From an uncultured Gemmatimonadales bacterium (GTDB lineage Bacteria; Gemmatimonadota; Gemmatimonadetes; Gemmatimonadales; GWC2-71-9), in assembly GCA_963795085.1 (NCBI GenBank), contig CAWCFX010000003.1:331696-395695 (forward strand): a stretch of 64,000 nucleotides of DNA, read 5' to 3'. Positions 47,922-56,580 of the stretch are shown in pieces. The stretch's first letter is position 1. Each line of letters starts with the position of its first letter. Both the position numbers and the translations under genes were made by a program. The notes under the pieces are model-generated. The model worked only from the letters and a program-made list of their open reading frames with translations, did not search any database and was not told the DNA's origin.

Positions 47922-48355
47922 TTCCCGTCACATCAACCTGGCATTCCCCTCACTTCAACGTTGGGTTCCCGCGAGTTGAAGGTTGGGTTCCCGTCACCTC
48001 AACGTTGGGTTCCCGTCACTTCAACATCGGGTTCCGGTGGCTTCAACATGCGTTTCGCGCCACGGCGGCGTGGGGTGACGGCCGGCCCGGGGTCAGGGTT
48101 CGCCAAGCCGCGGTCCCCTTCCCATCACCTCGACGGGCCGGTCCCCGGGTCCGGGTTCGGGTTCCCGCCATGTCAATGACAGGTCCCGCCAGCTCGAGGT
48201 CCGGTCCCGCCGGCCGGGGGCTCCTTCCCGCCAGGTCGAGGTATGGTTCCGCCGACCTCGAGGGGATTGAGCGGGGACCAGCGGAGGGGTTCCGGAAGCA
48301 TGCATGGCGGGTTCCCGGAGCATCAAGCTCAGCTTCCCCGGGCTTCAATCCCTGT
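47922..48355. repeat. degenerate tandem array of ~20 units with 22-bp (20-23) phasing; core TTCCCGTCACTTCAACGTTGGG
   Basis: TTCC(C/G) recurs at 47922, 47944, 47966, 47988, 48010, 48032, 48054, (gap), 48099, 48119, 48142, 48162, 48184, 48205, 48225, 48247, (gap), 48290, 48312, 48334. The five central units are nearly identical. The period is not a multiple of 3 and the same motif appears in all three frames of the ORF track, so the array is non-coding. Confidence 0.85.
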
Positions 48356-49042
48356 TGGAGATAGTTACCGGCATGGCTGGACCGTGATGCGGCGGGACCG
48401 GGAGCGACCTTCCGCTCCTCCCGTTCACGGCGTCCCGGTGGATGATCGCGGACACCGCGCGCGGGCTCCCGGAGGTTCGGGACCTGTCACTCCCTGGCCC
48501 GGCGGTGGGTACCGGGAGCGGCAACTCTGCCGGGCCGAAGCTTCCCGCCTTCTGAACGCCTGCCCCCTGTGCCCGTGAAGCACGCAGCGAGGCATGGTGA
48601 CCGGAGGGTGATGCTTGTTGGTAGTGGGCCTGCCGAGACCTGGCCGGGTATTCCATGGCCCCTGCCCCGCTCATTTCTGGGCGGGATGCCGGAACCTCCT
48701 GTCTCCCTTCCCCCGGAACGGGGCGGCCTTCACTCCATGTGCCACTTCTGCCATACATGGTAGCGGGACCCCGTGCCGGGGAATCCTTCCTGCCACGCAC
48801 CCCGGTTTCACCCTCGGCCATCACCAGTTACCGGCATGCGCCATATCGAACGAACCGCACGCGCTCCTGGCACGCGGTCCTGAGATCCGCCGCCACGACG
48901 AGTACGGCCGATGGCGGGCAGCGGGACACGCTGCAATCGTTTCCCGCCCTGCGATCCCCCGGTTACTTTGCGTTACCGGCGTCAAAGCGCCCGGAAATCC
49001 TGCCGGTGATCCGTCCGCCCCTGCACCCGGGAAGAGAATACC

Positions 49043-49489
49043 ATGGTTCACGCGAACACCCGAAACCTGGCCGGCGCCGCCCAATCCGCGCTTCGCATTG
49101 CCGCGGGCCTGGCCTTCTTCAGCCACGGGGCGCAGAAACTGTTCGGCTGGTTTGGCGGCGTGGGACCGGATGGAGGGACGGTGGAGCTCATGAGTCGATA
49201 CGGCGCCGCCGGCCTCATCGAAGCCCTAGGCGGCGCTGCCCTCGTGCTCGGCCTGTTCACCCGCCCCGTCGCGTTGATCGCTTCGGGCGAGATGGCGGTC
49301 GCGTATTTCTGGATGCACTGGGGACGATCCGGCGAGATGTGGTGGTGGGACAACCGAGGGGAGATGGTCCTGCTCTACTCGTTCATCTGGCTCTTCTTCG
49401 CCGCCGCCGGGGCCGGGCCACTCAGTCTCGATGCCTGGCGCGCGTCACGTGGCAACCCCAGCCACCCGGCAGGACCTACCCCGGGGTAA
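49043..49489 (+). CDS. DoxX-family membrane protein
   Basis: ORF track 148 aa. ALRIAAGLAFFSHGAQKLFGWFGG...GLIEALGGAALVLGLFTRPVALI is the typical DoxX signature. Confidence 0.85.
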   Translation: MVHANTRNLAGAAQSALRIAAGLAFFSHGAQKLFGWFGGVGPDGGTVELMSRYGAAGLIEALGGAALVLGLFTRPVALIASGEMAVAYFWMHWGRSGEMWWWDNRGEMVLLYSFIWLFFAAAGAGPLSLDAWRASRGNPSHPAGPTPG

Positions 49490-49625
49490 CCGGCTCGACC
49501 GGCAGGTTGCCCAGCTGACCCGCTGCCCGCACTCGGTCAGGCGCGGGACAAGGGCGTAGCCGGGGGCCGGGATTCTTCGCCAGCGCCTCGCTGCTCCCCT
49601 TAGGTGGCTTCGGGCAGGCGAGGTG

Positions 49626-51005
49626 TCAATAGTCAGGGGTTCCCTTCAACGTCAGCCCTCTGTCGGCTATGTAGCGGTCAATAGTTTCGGACTCGATTTC
49701 TCGATGAAAATATTCCTGCGGTTGCTCAGACACATTGATGACATCGACTATTCGATTGTCCGCATAGCGCACTTCCAACAGTAACTGAATATCCTCATGG
49801 TCTCCATAGCGGGTTAACTGTCCACTGCGCCGGTCAATAAACCATCCGGCGCCCCATGTTCCCAGGCCTCTGATGCCGACGAGGAAGTAGTCACGAAGTG
49901 GCTCTTCATCCTGGGACTCATGGTGGCTCCCATCGGTCATCCTGCCGAGTATCGCAAAGTCCTTGGCGGCAATTCGTCCGAACTCAGGCTGCCATTCACC
50001 CCCGGTATTCATGGAACTGCGCTGCCGCATGAGATACGAGCTCAGCGGCGACTGGACCATGATCTCCTTGCCGGCCAGGCTCCACACCAGGTTGGCCGGT
50101 CTCCCCTCATTCATGTCGAAGCGGAAACGGAGGCGTTCCCGGTAGTGCTCCAGCCGCTGCAATGCATGCTTGATCCTCGGAACACACACCCACACCCGAT
50201 TACTATTGCTCAATTCGACCGGGGGATCGTTAGCCGCGTGGACATGCCAGTCCTTGAAACCGATCAAGCTCAGAGTCTTGGTGACCTTATCTACTGCCTT
50301 GTAGTCCTCAAAATAGACTTGGGTGGCTAACCGCCTTAACCAGAAACTGGGGTCGGCCCCGGAATGATCCCTGGACCGTTCGACCGGCGGATACAATATG
50401 TCAACGCGCGGACCGGTGCGTTGACCCGTGCTGCCCAGTTGCCAGAACCGCCTGAGATTCTCGATTTTGGGTATTGCATATCGCTTCTTGATGGCCACCT
50501 CATAGAGATCATGGGTGAATCGCTCCTTGAAGTCCTTGTCGGACCGGAACGAATGGAACACGATCCCTTCCGCCTTCAGGCGCTTCTGAAATGCCCGGAG
50601 ATCTCGCTCCTGTCGGCCTCGGTCATTGTTAGCGGGCAGCTCTTTGAAGTATGCGAGGACGCCGAACGATGGGTCACTTCGATGCTTGGCTAATGCCCGC
50701 TCTACTTCGCGCTCGACATTCCCTTTTTTGTGGCCGGGCTCTTTACTGCCGTACCGCTTACCCAGGATGAGGACAAAGAAATGGCATTCATCAATGCGCT
50801 TGTTGATCTCGTCCTGAAAGGTTACCTCGCCCGCCGGCATTGCAGGCGGCCGGTTCTCCCACTTCCATGGCAGTATGTGCAGTTGGAGCGATTGGCTCAG
50901 CCGTTTGCTGGTAGTCTCAATTACTTCCTCGGCGATCTGCCGCTCTTTGGAAACATCGCCAGGCGATGAAATGAACGCTAAGTAAGACTGATAAGCCTTG
51001 GCCAT
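49626..51005 (-). CDS. DUF4062-like (TIR/deoxyribosyltransferase-like) N-terminal domain protein with an uncharacterised ~360-aa C-terminal region
   Basis: ORF track 459 aa. N-terminus YLAFISSPGDVSKERQIAEEVI...EINKRIDECHFFVLILGKRYGS fits the DUF4062 pattern (FISS..D...ER...ecD.fv.i.g.rYGs). No Walker A motif. Local GC is ~55% versus ~68-70% in the flanks. Confidence 0.7.
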   Translation of the reverse strand: MAKAYQSYLAFISSPGDVSKERQIAEEVIETTSKRLSQSLQLHILPWKWENRPPAMPAGEVTFQDEINKRIDECHFFVLILGKRYGSKEPGHKKGNVEREVERALAKHRSDPSFGVLAYFKELPANNDRGRQERDLRAFQKRLKAEGIVFHSFRSDKDFKERFTHDLYEVAIKKRYAIPKIENLRRFWQLGSTGQRTGPRVDILYPPVERSRDHSGADPSFWLRRLATQVYFEDYKAVDKVTKTLSLIGFKDWHVHAANDPPVELSNSNRVWVCVPRIKHALQRLEHYRERLRFRFDMNEGRPANLVWSLAGKEIMVQSPLSSYLMRQRSSMNTGGEWQPEFGRIAAKDFAILGRMTDGSHHESQDEEPLRDYFLVGIRGLGTWGAGWFIDRRSGQLTRYGDHEDIQLLLEVRYADNRIVDVINVSEQPQEYFHREIESETIDRYIADRGLTLKGTPDY

Positions 51006-51296
51006 CGCCCCCTCCAGACGTCAGGTCGTTGGTCTTCCACTGCATAGCCTGCACTCAAAAATGAATTGCGCAAGGGGGGGGCCGACGTGGATCAATGGGC
51101 GTTGCGGAGTCCGGGGGAAAACTGGCGCCGAAACGGGGTGGCCCTTCCCCGCCGGGTGCGCGGCGCGGTCGCGGGGCGGCGGGGCAGGACAACGGACTGA
51201 GCCAATGATGGCTACGCCCCTTCGGGAACAGAGTCTTCAGGGCTGCGCCTGGTGCAAGATGGATCTACTTGACGAGGGGAAGGACGCGGTGACACA

Positions 51297-52355
51297 TCAG
51301 GGGTGCCAGGACGTCCGCCGGATCCTGACGGTCACCCCGTAGCTCGAACTGGCGCCACACCCGACCTGGCTCTTGACCGAGTAGAACGTAGCCGGCAGCA
51401 GCCACTCACCGGTCGCGATCGTGTTGCGATGCAGTTCGTTGCCGTACACCCGATACGCCGCACCCGCTGTCGGGCCGTCACACCCATGCCAGGAATGGTC
51501 GTTCATCCTGCCGGTAATATCGAGGACGTCAAACGGCTGAATCCGGGGAAATGCATCGAGAGCGGCGTCATAGAAGGCATCGTCCAGATCACCATAGTTC
51601 GATACCAGTTCGAATCCGTAGTTCCACACCCCGAAGGCGAACAGCAGCGTGCTCGTCTGGTCCGGAGGCATGCTGAACGGGCCGACGAAGAGCTGGTGGT
51701 TCTCCACCGTGTGGGTTCCGTCCCGATAGTCCCCCAATCGCTTCGTGCCCGAGCACTCGGTGAGACTGCCGCCGCGGTGGCAGCGCTCAGGGTGGAAATA
51801 TTGCCCGTAGACATTTCCCATGAGGCTCAGCCAGGCGGTATCGGTGGTTCTCGCCCGGGTGTGGTTGACACGAATGTTGTCGACGGACACCGTATACTGT
51901 GCATAGGTCGGGATCGTGATGGTCGCGCTGGCCAGGGTTTCGGCACAGGAGAAGTCCTGGCCGGTGCCGGCGCGGCGACACACGATGATCTCCATGGGCC
52001 TGCCCGCCAGGCCGGCATAGGGGTGAAGAATGTGGCTCCGCTCGGCCGGCGCCTGGATGTCATCAAATACCGAACAGCCCCGGCCGTCCGCCCCGCACAC
52101 CATCACGGATTCGACCGGGCGAGCTCCGCCGACACCAGGCGACACCCGAAGGGTGAAAGGCAGCTCGACCAGCCTGCCCTCCAGCACCGGGATGCCCGTT
52201 GTGGGTTGGGCGAGCTCCAGCTCATACCTCGCCGTCAGCCGTAAAGCCGCTTGGGCGCCAATGCCCTGCCCCGGGAGGACGGCAGGACATGCGACCAGTC
52301 CCACCACGAGCCAGAGTGCATGGCGACCAATCCCGGCATCAGAGCACTCGAACAT
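51297..52355 (-). CDS. secreted hypothetical protein (Cys-rich, no family recognised)
   Basis: ORF track 352 aa. N-terminal hydrophobic segment HALWLVVGLVACPAVLPGQG. Intact here, fragmented in the mirrored copy. Confidence 0.6.
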   Translation of the reverse strand: MFECSDAGIGRHALWLVVGLVACPAVLPGQGIGAQAALRLTARYELELAQPTTGIPVLEGRLVELPFTLRVSPGVGGARPVESVMVCGADGRGCSVFDDIQAPAERSHILHPYAGLAGRPMEIIVCRRAGTGQDFSCAETLASATITIPTYAQYTVSVDNIRVNHTRARTTDTAWLSLMGNVYGQYFHPERCHRGGSLTECSGTKRLGDYRDGTHTVENHQLFVGPFSMPPDQTSTLLFAFGVWNYGFELVSNYGDLDDAFYDAALDAFPRIQPFDVLDITGRMNDHSWHGCDGPTAGAAYRVYGNELHRNTIATGEWLLPATFYSVKSQVGCGASSSYGVTVRIRRTSWHP

Positions 52356-52503
52356 GGGAATCCCTTTTCGGAAGCGCGTGAACCTTGGGCCTCTTCCTCG
52401 ACCAGGTCGAGAATGGCCTGGTCGCGACGGACGCTATGGCCCTCGAAGGGCGCCGAGAAGCCCTCCCGGCTTGCCTGCTACCCGCACCACGATCCCCCTC
52501 GGC

Positions 52504-53133
52504 CTATGTGATTGACGCCTGGACGGCTGCGAAGAAAGCCACAGGATCAGCGCGAAAACAGGCCCGAAGCATGGTCGGGACTTGCGGGTCAGCCCGGACC
52601 AGAACGCCGGGAGTGTGGCTGTCCCGGTGGGTCACCAGAAGCTCGACAAACAGCCCCATTATTTCGCGATCCTGAACGACCGGGTCGGCTATCTGCTGAA
52701 CCTGGCCGTTCTTCGTATGGAGTCCAATGATTCGAGCACGACTCCTGGCATAAATGCCGGCGAGATAGCGCCCCAGAACGGCATTGTCGCACGGAACCTG
52801 GGTCGCGATGAGGGCCAGGTAGGCCAGAAAGTCAGCTCCATGGGCCTGGGCACACGCACCATACAACTCCTTGGCATCTCGGTTGTGCCGCTGCCCATGC
52901 TGGAGTCGCTCTAGCACTTCACCTTGATGGTGGGCCATCGCATCAAGCGCGCGTAGCGGTGATTCCTTTCTCGCAAGGCCGTTGCCCCATTGCCATTCTA
53001 GGTGTTGCATGGAGGGTCCACAGGCGAGAGGAACGGGATCGGTGGTGTGCCGCCAATAGGGCCGCGTCTGTGCGCTGATGGAAGGCGCAGCACACAAGAC
53101 CCCGATCAATACGAGACACAGGTTTCTTCGCAT
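52504..53133 (-). CDS. secreted hypothetical protein (mostly helical, no family recognised)
   Basis: ORF track 209 aa. Signal peptide MRRNLCLVLIGVLCAAPSISAQ. Confidence 0.6.
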   Translation of the reverse strand: MRRNLCLVLIGVLCAAPSISAQTRPYWRHTTDPVPLACGPSMQHLEWQWGNGLARKESPLRALDAMAHHQGEVLERLQHGQRHNRDAKELYGACAQAHGADFLAYLALIATQVPCDNAVLGRYLAGIYARSRARIIGLHTKNGQVQQIADPVVQDREIMGLFVELLVTHRDSHTPGVLVRADPQVPTMLRACFRADPVAFFAAVQASIT

Positions 53134-53412
53134 CGAGCCCCTCCGCGTTCAGGTCCGCTTTCGTCCCCCCCTTAGCAATAGCGTGCCGAAAAGAACGAGA
53201 ATTCGCAAGGGATCTCGGCACCGCCGGCCACAAAGGCCCCCGCAATCCGCACCTGAAGCTCTTTCACCGAGCTGTCAGGGCTTTACCGGGCTGCCTGCTG
53301 GGACGTTCGGAAGCTACCGTGCACGTGGCACTTACACCGCTTCGCACCCCGGCCCCTTGCCGAACCCTGTTTTCGGCTGCACGCTGGAGGTTCACCCTTT
53401 CGGAGCACGGGA

Positions 53413-54329
53413 ATGCGCGCCGCGGCCATTGTTGTCACTGCAATGCTGGTGGGAGCCCCGTAGCGCCTTACGCGGTGGCTCAGGACACCCTTCGCTACAA
53501 CCACTTCGAGAACTGCCCCAAGTCCGATCCACCGGCCAGGACCTGCCATGTCGTCGTTACCCGGCGGATTCAGCCGGGGCATCACCTGACGGTGCGAATC
53601 GAGGCCACGGATCCCGCCACCTTCGAAGGGCGGGTTACCAACCTTGCGCTTAGCACCGCGACGAAGCCGGACGACCCTCTACGAATCAAGAACACGGCCC
53701 CGACCGGCTCCATGGATCTCGATATAACCCACGACGTCCGCTATGGCGGATACATGGTGACGATCGACCGGCAAAGCGGCAAGCCGGAACACGATACACT
53801 CCGACCGGCCATCCTGGTCATCCAGGTGGATGCCGAGGACAAGCCCTGGTCCTTCAGCGGGGGGATCTCGTTCACCACGATTCGCAACCAGCCCTTCGTG
53901 GTTCGCAAAGCCGACGACGACACGCTTCGGGTCCAGGAGGACCCGGATCGCCGGGACGACGCCTCAGTGGGATTTGGCACTTTCTTCACGATCGACCTTC
54001 CCAGGATAGACCTGGGACCGCTTGGGGCGGCCTCCAAGCTCGGGCTGGCCATCGGCATTGGGCTGGAGACTTCGGGGGAGACCCACTACTACGCCGGGCT
54101 GGCCTACCAGATCCATCGCGGGGTCTTTCTCAACTCCGGATACGTGCTCGGCAGGGTCAATGCGCTGCCGAGCGGACTTCGTCTCGATGACGCGGTCACC
54201 GATCCCAACGCGCTGTCCAACCTGCAGCGTCGCAACCAGAGCGGGTTCTTTATCGGTGTGTCCGCCGTGTTCCTGGGAGGGGGGCAATCGACATACTCCA
54301 AGCCGTTCGCGGGCACCCAGGAGAAGTAG
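53413..54329 (+). CDS. hypothetical secreted protein with a beta-rich, possibly barrel-like C-terminus; signal peptide displaced by a 1-nt frameshift
   Basis: The body is ORF 53319..54329. A 16-codon ORF at 53413-53463 (MRAAAIVVTAMLVGAP*) is a good signal peptide. It would join ...VAPYAVAQ|DTLRY of the main frame if one base were added in the CCCC run at 53456-53459. Confidence 0.55.
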
Positions 54330-54645
54330 TCGGCTCGAATTGCTAAACCCACTTCAACTCCGGAAGTAATGATGCCAAGGGGTTGGTACGTTAGCGCCCC
54401 CGGAACCGGAGGGGCCATGACCGGGCTTCCGCGCACAGGTTCTCACAGCTCCGCGACAGTGTGAATACGCTGAAGCGTGACCTCCCTGCACAGGCCCAGA
54501 ATGCAATCCGCTGCAGGATATCCGGATGACTGGACGGGTGACCTGGGTGATGAAGGTAGCGCAGTGGTACAATAGGCAAGGCGGCGGCTGGCGGAGGACC
54601 ATTCGGCCGCGCATATTGATCGCTCCCTCGCAACCCTTCTACGCC

Positions 54646-56580
54646 ATGCGCTCACGTCAGCCAAAGCTGATTCGGAGGCAATGTCTCCTTGGCCTGCTTA
54701 TCGCCCTGATGACCGGGTGTGGTGGAGACAGCGCTGGTCCTGATCCGGTCGACCCCACCTTGCCCGCAAAGATCACGATTCTGCCGGTAGCAAGCACCAA
54801 GATATTCATCGGGCTCACTCTCCAGCTTCAGGCGGTGGTCACCGACGGCAACGGAGATACGCTGGCCAGCGCCCCGGTTACCTGGTCCAGTGACGGACCC
54901 GACAATGCTTCGATAAGCAGCCAGGGTCTGGTCACGGGTATCCAGCATGGCACGGTGATTATCACAGCCACGTCGGGCGCTTTGAGCGTCACCCACACGC
55001 TCCATGTCATCGAGCTGGCCACCTACATCTATACCCCCGTTGATACCACGCTTGATCCTAACCAGGTGGTGCAGTACACGATCACTGGTCGCGACATCCA
55101 GGGCGTCCAGCATGGCGACCTTCCTTTATTCTGGAGCTCAGCCCAAGGCGCACTGGCCACGGTAACCCAGACCGGCACCGTGACGGCCCAGGAATCCGAT
55201 GGCGGGAATGTCCAGATCACCTTTACCATTGGCAGCCTGTTCGGACGGCTAAACCTCGTCATAGCACCTGCCCCTGTCGCCACGGTGACCGTCTCCACGG
55301 GCACCGGCTGGGTTGGTGAAGTCATCGCGCTGACGTATCAATTGTTGAGTTTCAACGGCGTTGTCCTGACGAACCGGCCGGTGACCTGGAGTTCGTCGGA
55401 CCTTCTCACCGCTACGGTTCAGCCGAACGGCCAGGTGACCGGACTTAAAGCTGGATCTGCTACGATCACCGTGACCAGCGGCATGGCCAGCGGTGGGAGC
55501 AGTTTTGTCGTCAAGCCGTTGCCGTCGTTCCAGCATCTGACGACAGGTGGCATCATTTGCGGGCTCTCCTTCCAGGGTGAGCTCTTCTGCTGGACCGAAG
55601 GCGTAACCGCTTTTCCCGCCCCAATCGCCGCCGGCTTCCAATTCACCGAAGTCGGGACCAGCGGACACATGTGCGGGCTCGCCTCGGGCGTGGCGTACTG
55701 CTGGGGCGCGAATGGCGCCGGCCAACTGGGTGACGGATCGACCACAGACCGTACCACACCGACGCTCGTGAGCGGTGGGCTGACGTTCGCTCATCTGGCG
55801 GTTGGTAACCTGTACACCTGCGGTGTTACAATCGGGGGCACGGCCTACTGCTGGGGCGCCAATACAAACGGTGAGCTTGGCAACGGGACCACCCAACCCA
55901 GCGCGGTACCAGTAGAGGTGTCGGGTGGACATAGCTTCAGCCAGATCTCCGCTGGAAGAATCGGCACGGCGAGCACCTGCGGCATTACTTCTCTCCAGAT
56001 AGCCTGGTGTTGGGGGGCAAACAATGACGGTCAGCTCGGCACCGGCGATTCTCTGCCTTCGACGACACCCAGGCAGGTGATCGGAGGCGTGACCTTCCAG
56101 AGTATCTCGGTCAGTAATTTCCAGACCTGCGGTATATCGACCTCGCAGGTCGCGTATTGCTGGGGCCCCAATGTCTACGGCGGACTTGGTGATGGCACGC
56201 TTGTCAGTACAGCGGCTCCCCACCCCGTGCTGGGCGGCAATTACTCGCATGTCGTCGCCGGATATCTATACAGTTGTGGACTCGCTACGGGGGGCGGAGG
56301 AAACCTGAAATGCTGGGGATGGAACGAGTCCTATCAACTTGGGGATGGAACCCAATCTCAGCGGCCGACGCCGGTGACGATTGGTAGTCTCGGCTTCACC
56401 GAGTTGAACACAGCAGCACGCGGTGGCTGCGGACTGACCTCAACTGGTCATGTACCAATCCAACCAGTTGGGGGGTTGCATCCACAGCCACCGCGTGCTG
56501 CTGTGTTCAACTCGGTGAAGCTCGAGACTACCAATCGTCACCAGCATCAGCCGCTGAATTGGGTTCCATCCCCAACTTGA
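54646..56580 (+). CDS. lipoprotein with three Big_2-type Ig domains and an RCC1-repeat beta-propeller; 3' end replaced by the palindrome junction
   Basis: Internal ATG at 54646 (MRSRQPKLIRRQCLLGLLIALMTGCGG lipobox). Big_2-like ITILPV...TWSSDGPDNASISSQGLVTGIQHGTVIITA, three times. RCC1-like YCWGANGAGQLGDGST, YCWGANTNGELGNGTT, WCWGANNDGQLGTGDS, YCWGPNVYGGLGDGT, KCWGWNESYQLGDGT. After ...GGCGLTSTGH the ORF reads through the inverted-repeat centre. Confidence 0.8.
   Translation: MRSRQPKLIRRQCLLGLLIALMTGCGGDSAGPDPVDPTLPAKITILPVASTKIFIGLTLQLQAVVTDGNGDTLASAPVTWSSDGPDNASISSQGLVTGIQHGTVIITATSGALSVTHTLHVIELATYIYTPVDTTLDPNQVVQYTITGRDIQGVQHGDLPLFWSSAQGALATVTQTGTVTAQESDGGNVQITFTIGSLFGRLNLVIAPAPVATVTVSTGTGWVGEVIALTYQLLSFNGVVLTNRPVTWSSSDLLTATVQPNGQVTGLKAGSATITVTSGMASGGSSFVVKPLPSFQHLTTGGIICGLSFQGELFCWTEGVTAFPAPIAAGFQFTEVGTSGHMCGLASGVAYCWGANGAGQLGDGSTTDRTTPTLVSGGLTFAHLAVGNLYTCGVTIGGTAYCWGANTNGELGNGTTQPSAVPVEVSGGHSFSQISAGRIGTASTCGITSLQIAWCWGANNDGQLGTGDSLPSTTPRQVIGGVTFQSISVSNFQTCGISTSQVAYCWGPNVYGGLGDGTLVSTAAPHPVLGGNYSHVVAGYLYSCGLATGGGGNLKCWGWNESYQLGDGTQSQRPTPVTIGSLGFTELNTAARGGCGLTSTGHVPIQPVGGLHPQPPRAAVFNSVKLETTNRHQHQPLNWVPSPT

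Larger units (their letters stand above)
48669..56448. repeat. left (intact) arm of the large inverted duplication
   Basis: The reverse complement of 56464-64000 aligns collinearly by eye. For example 48669-48780 matches the reverse complement of 63890-64000, and 56380-56448 matches the reverse complement of 56464-56535. The outer limit is set by the window end. Confidence 0.9.

Noticed and set aside
47894-48364. 156-aa ORF across the 22-bp array, and the idea that the array is a CRISPR locus
   Set aside because: The repeat period (22 nt) is not a multiple of 3 and the motif cycles through all frames, so the region is not coding. The units are contiguous with no unique spacers and no cas genes are present, so it is not a CRISPR array.
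48363-48838. 13-bp direct repeat AGTTACCGGCATG at 48363-48375 and 48826-48838 as possible att-like sites
   Set aside because: In a 64-kb window, tens of 13-mer coincidences are expected by chance. Nothing mobile lies between the copies.
48345-49518. ORFs 48345..48824(-) and 48655..49518(+) in the region upstream of and across DoxX
   Set aside because: They have no motifs and Arg/Pro/Gly-rich composition. The plus ORF is out of frame with the well-supported DoxX CDS. The region 48.36-49.04 kb is left unannotated; an ncRNA or 5' leader is possible, but I have no evidence for one.
51598-51625. tRNA-like T-arm string (GGTTCGATACCAGTTCGAATCC) and its mirror at ~61,170
   Set aside because: It lies inside a well-supported CDS. 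No acceptor stem or anticodon arm could be folded around it. No tRNA or rRNA genes were found elsewhere by eye.
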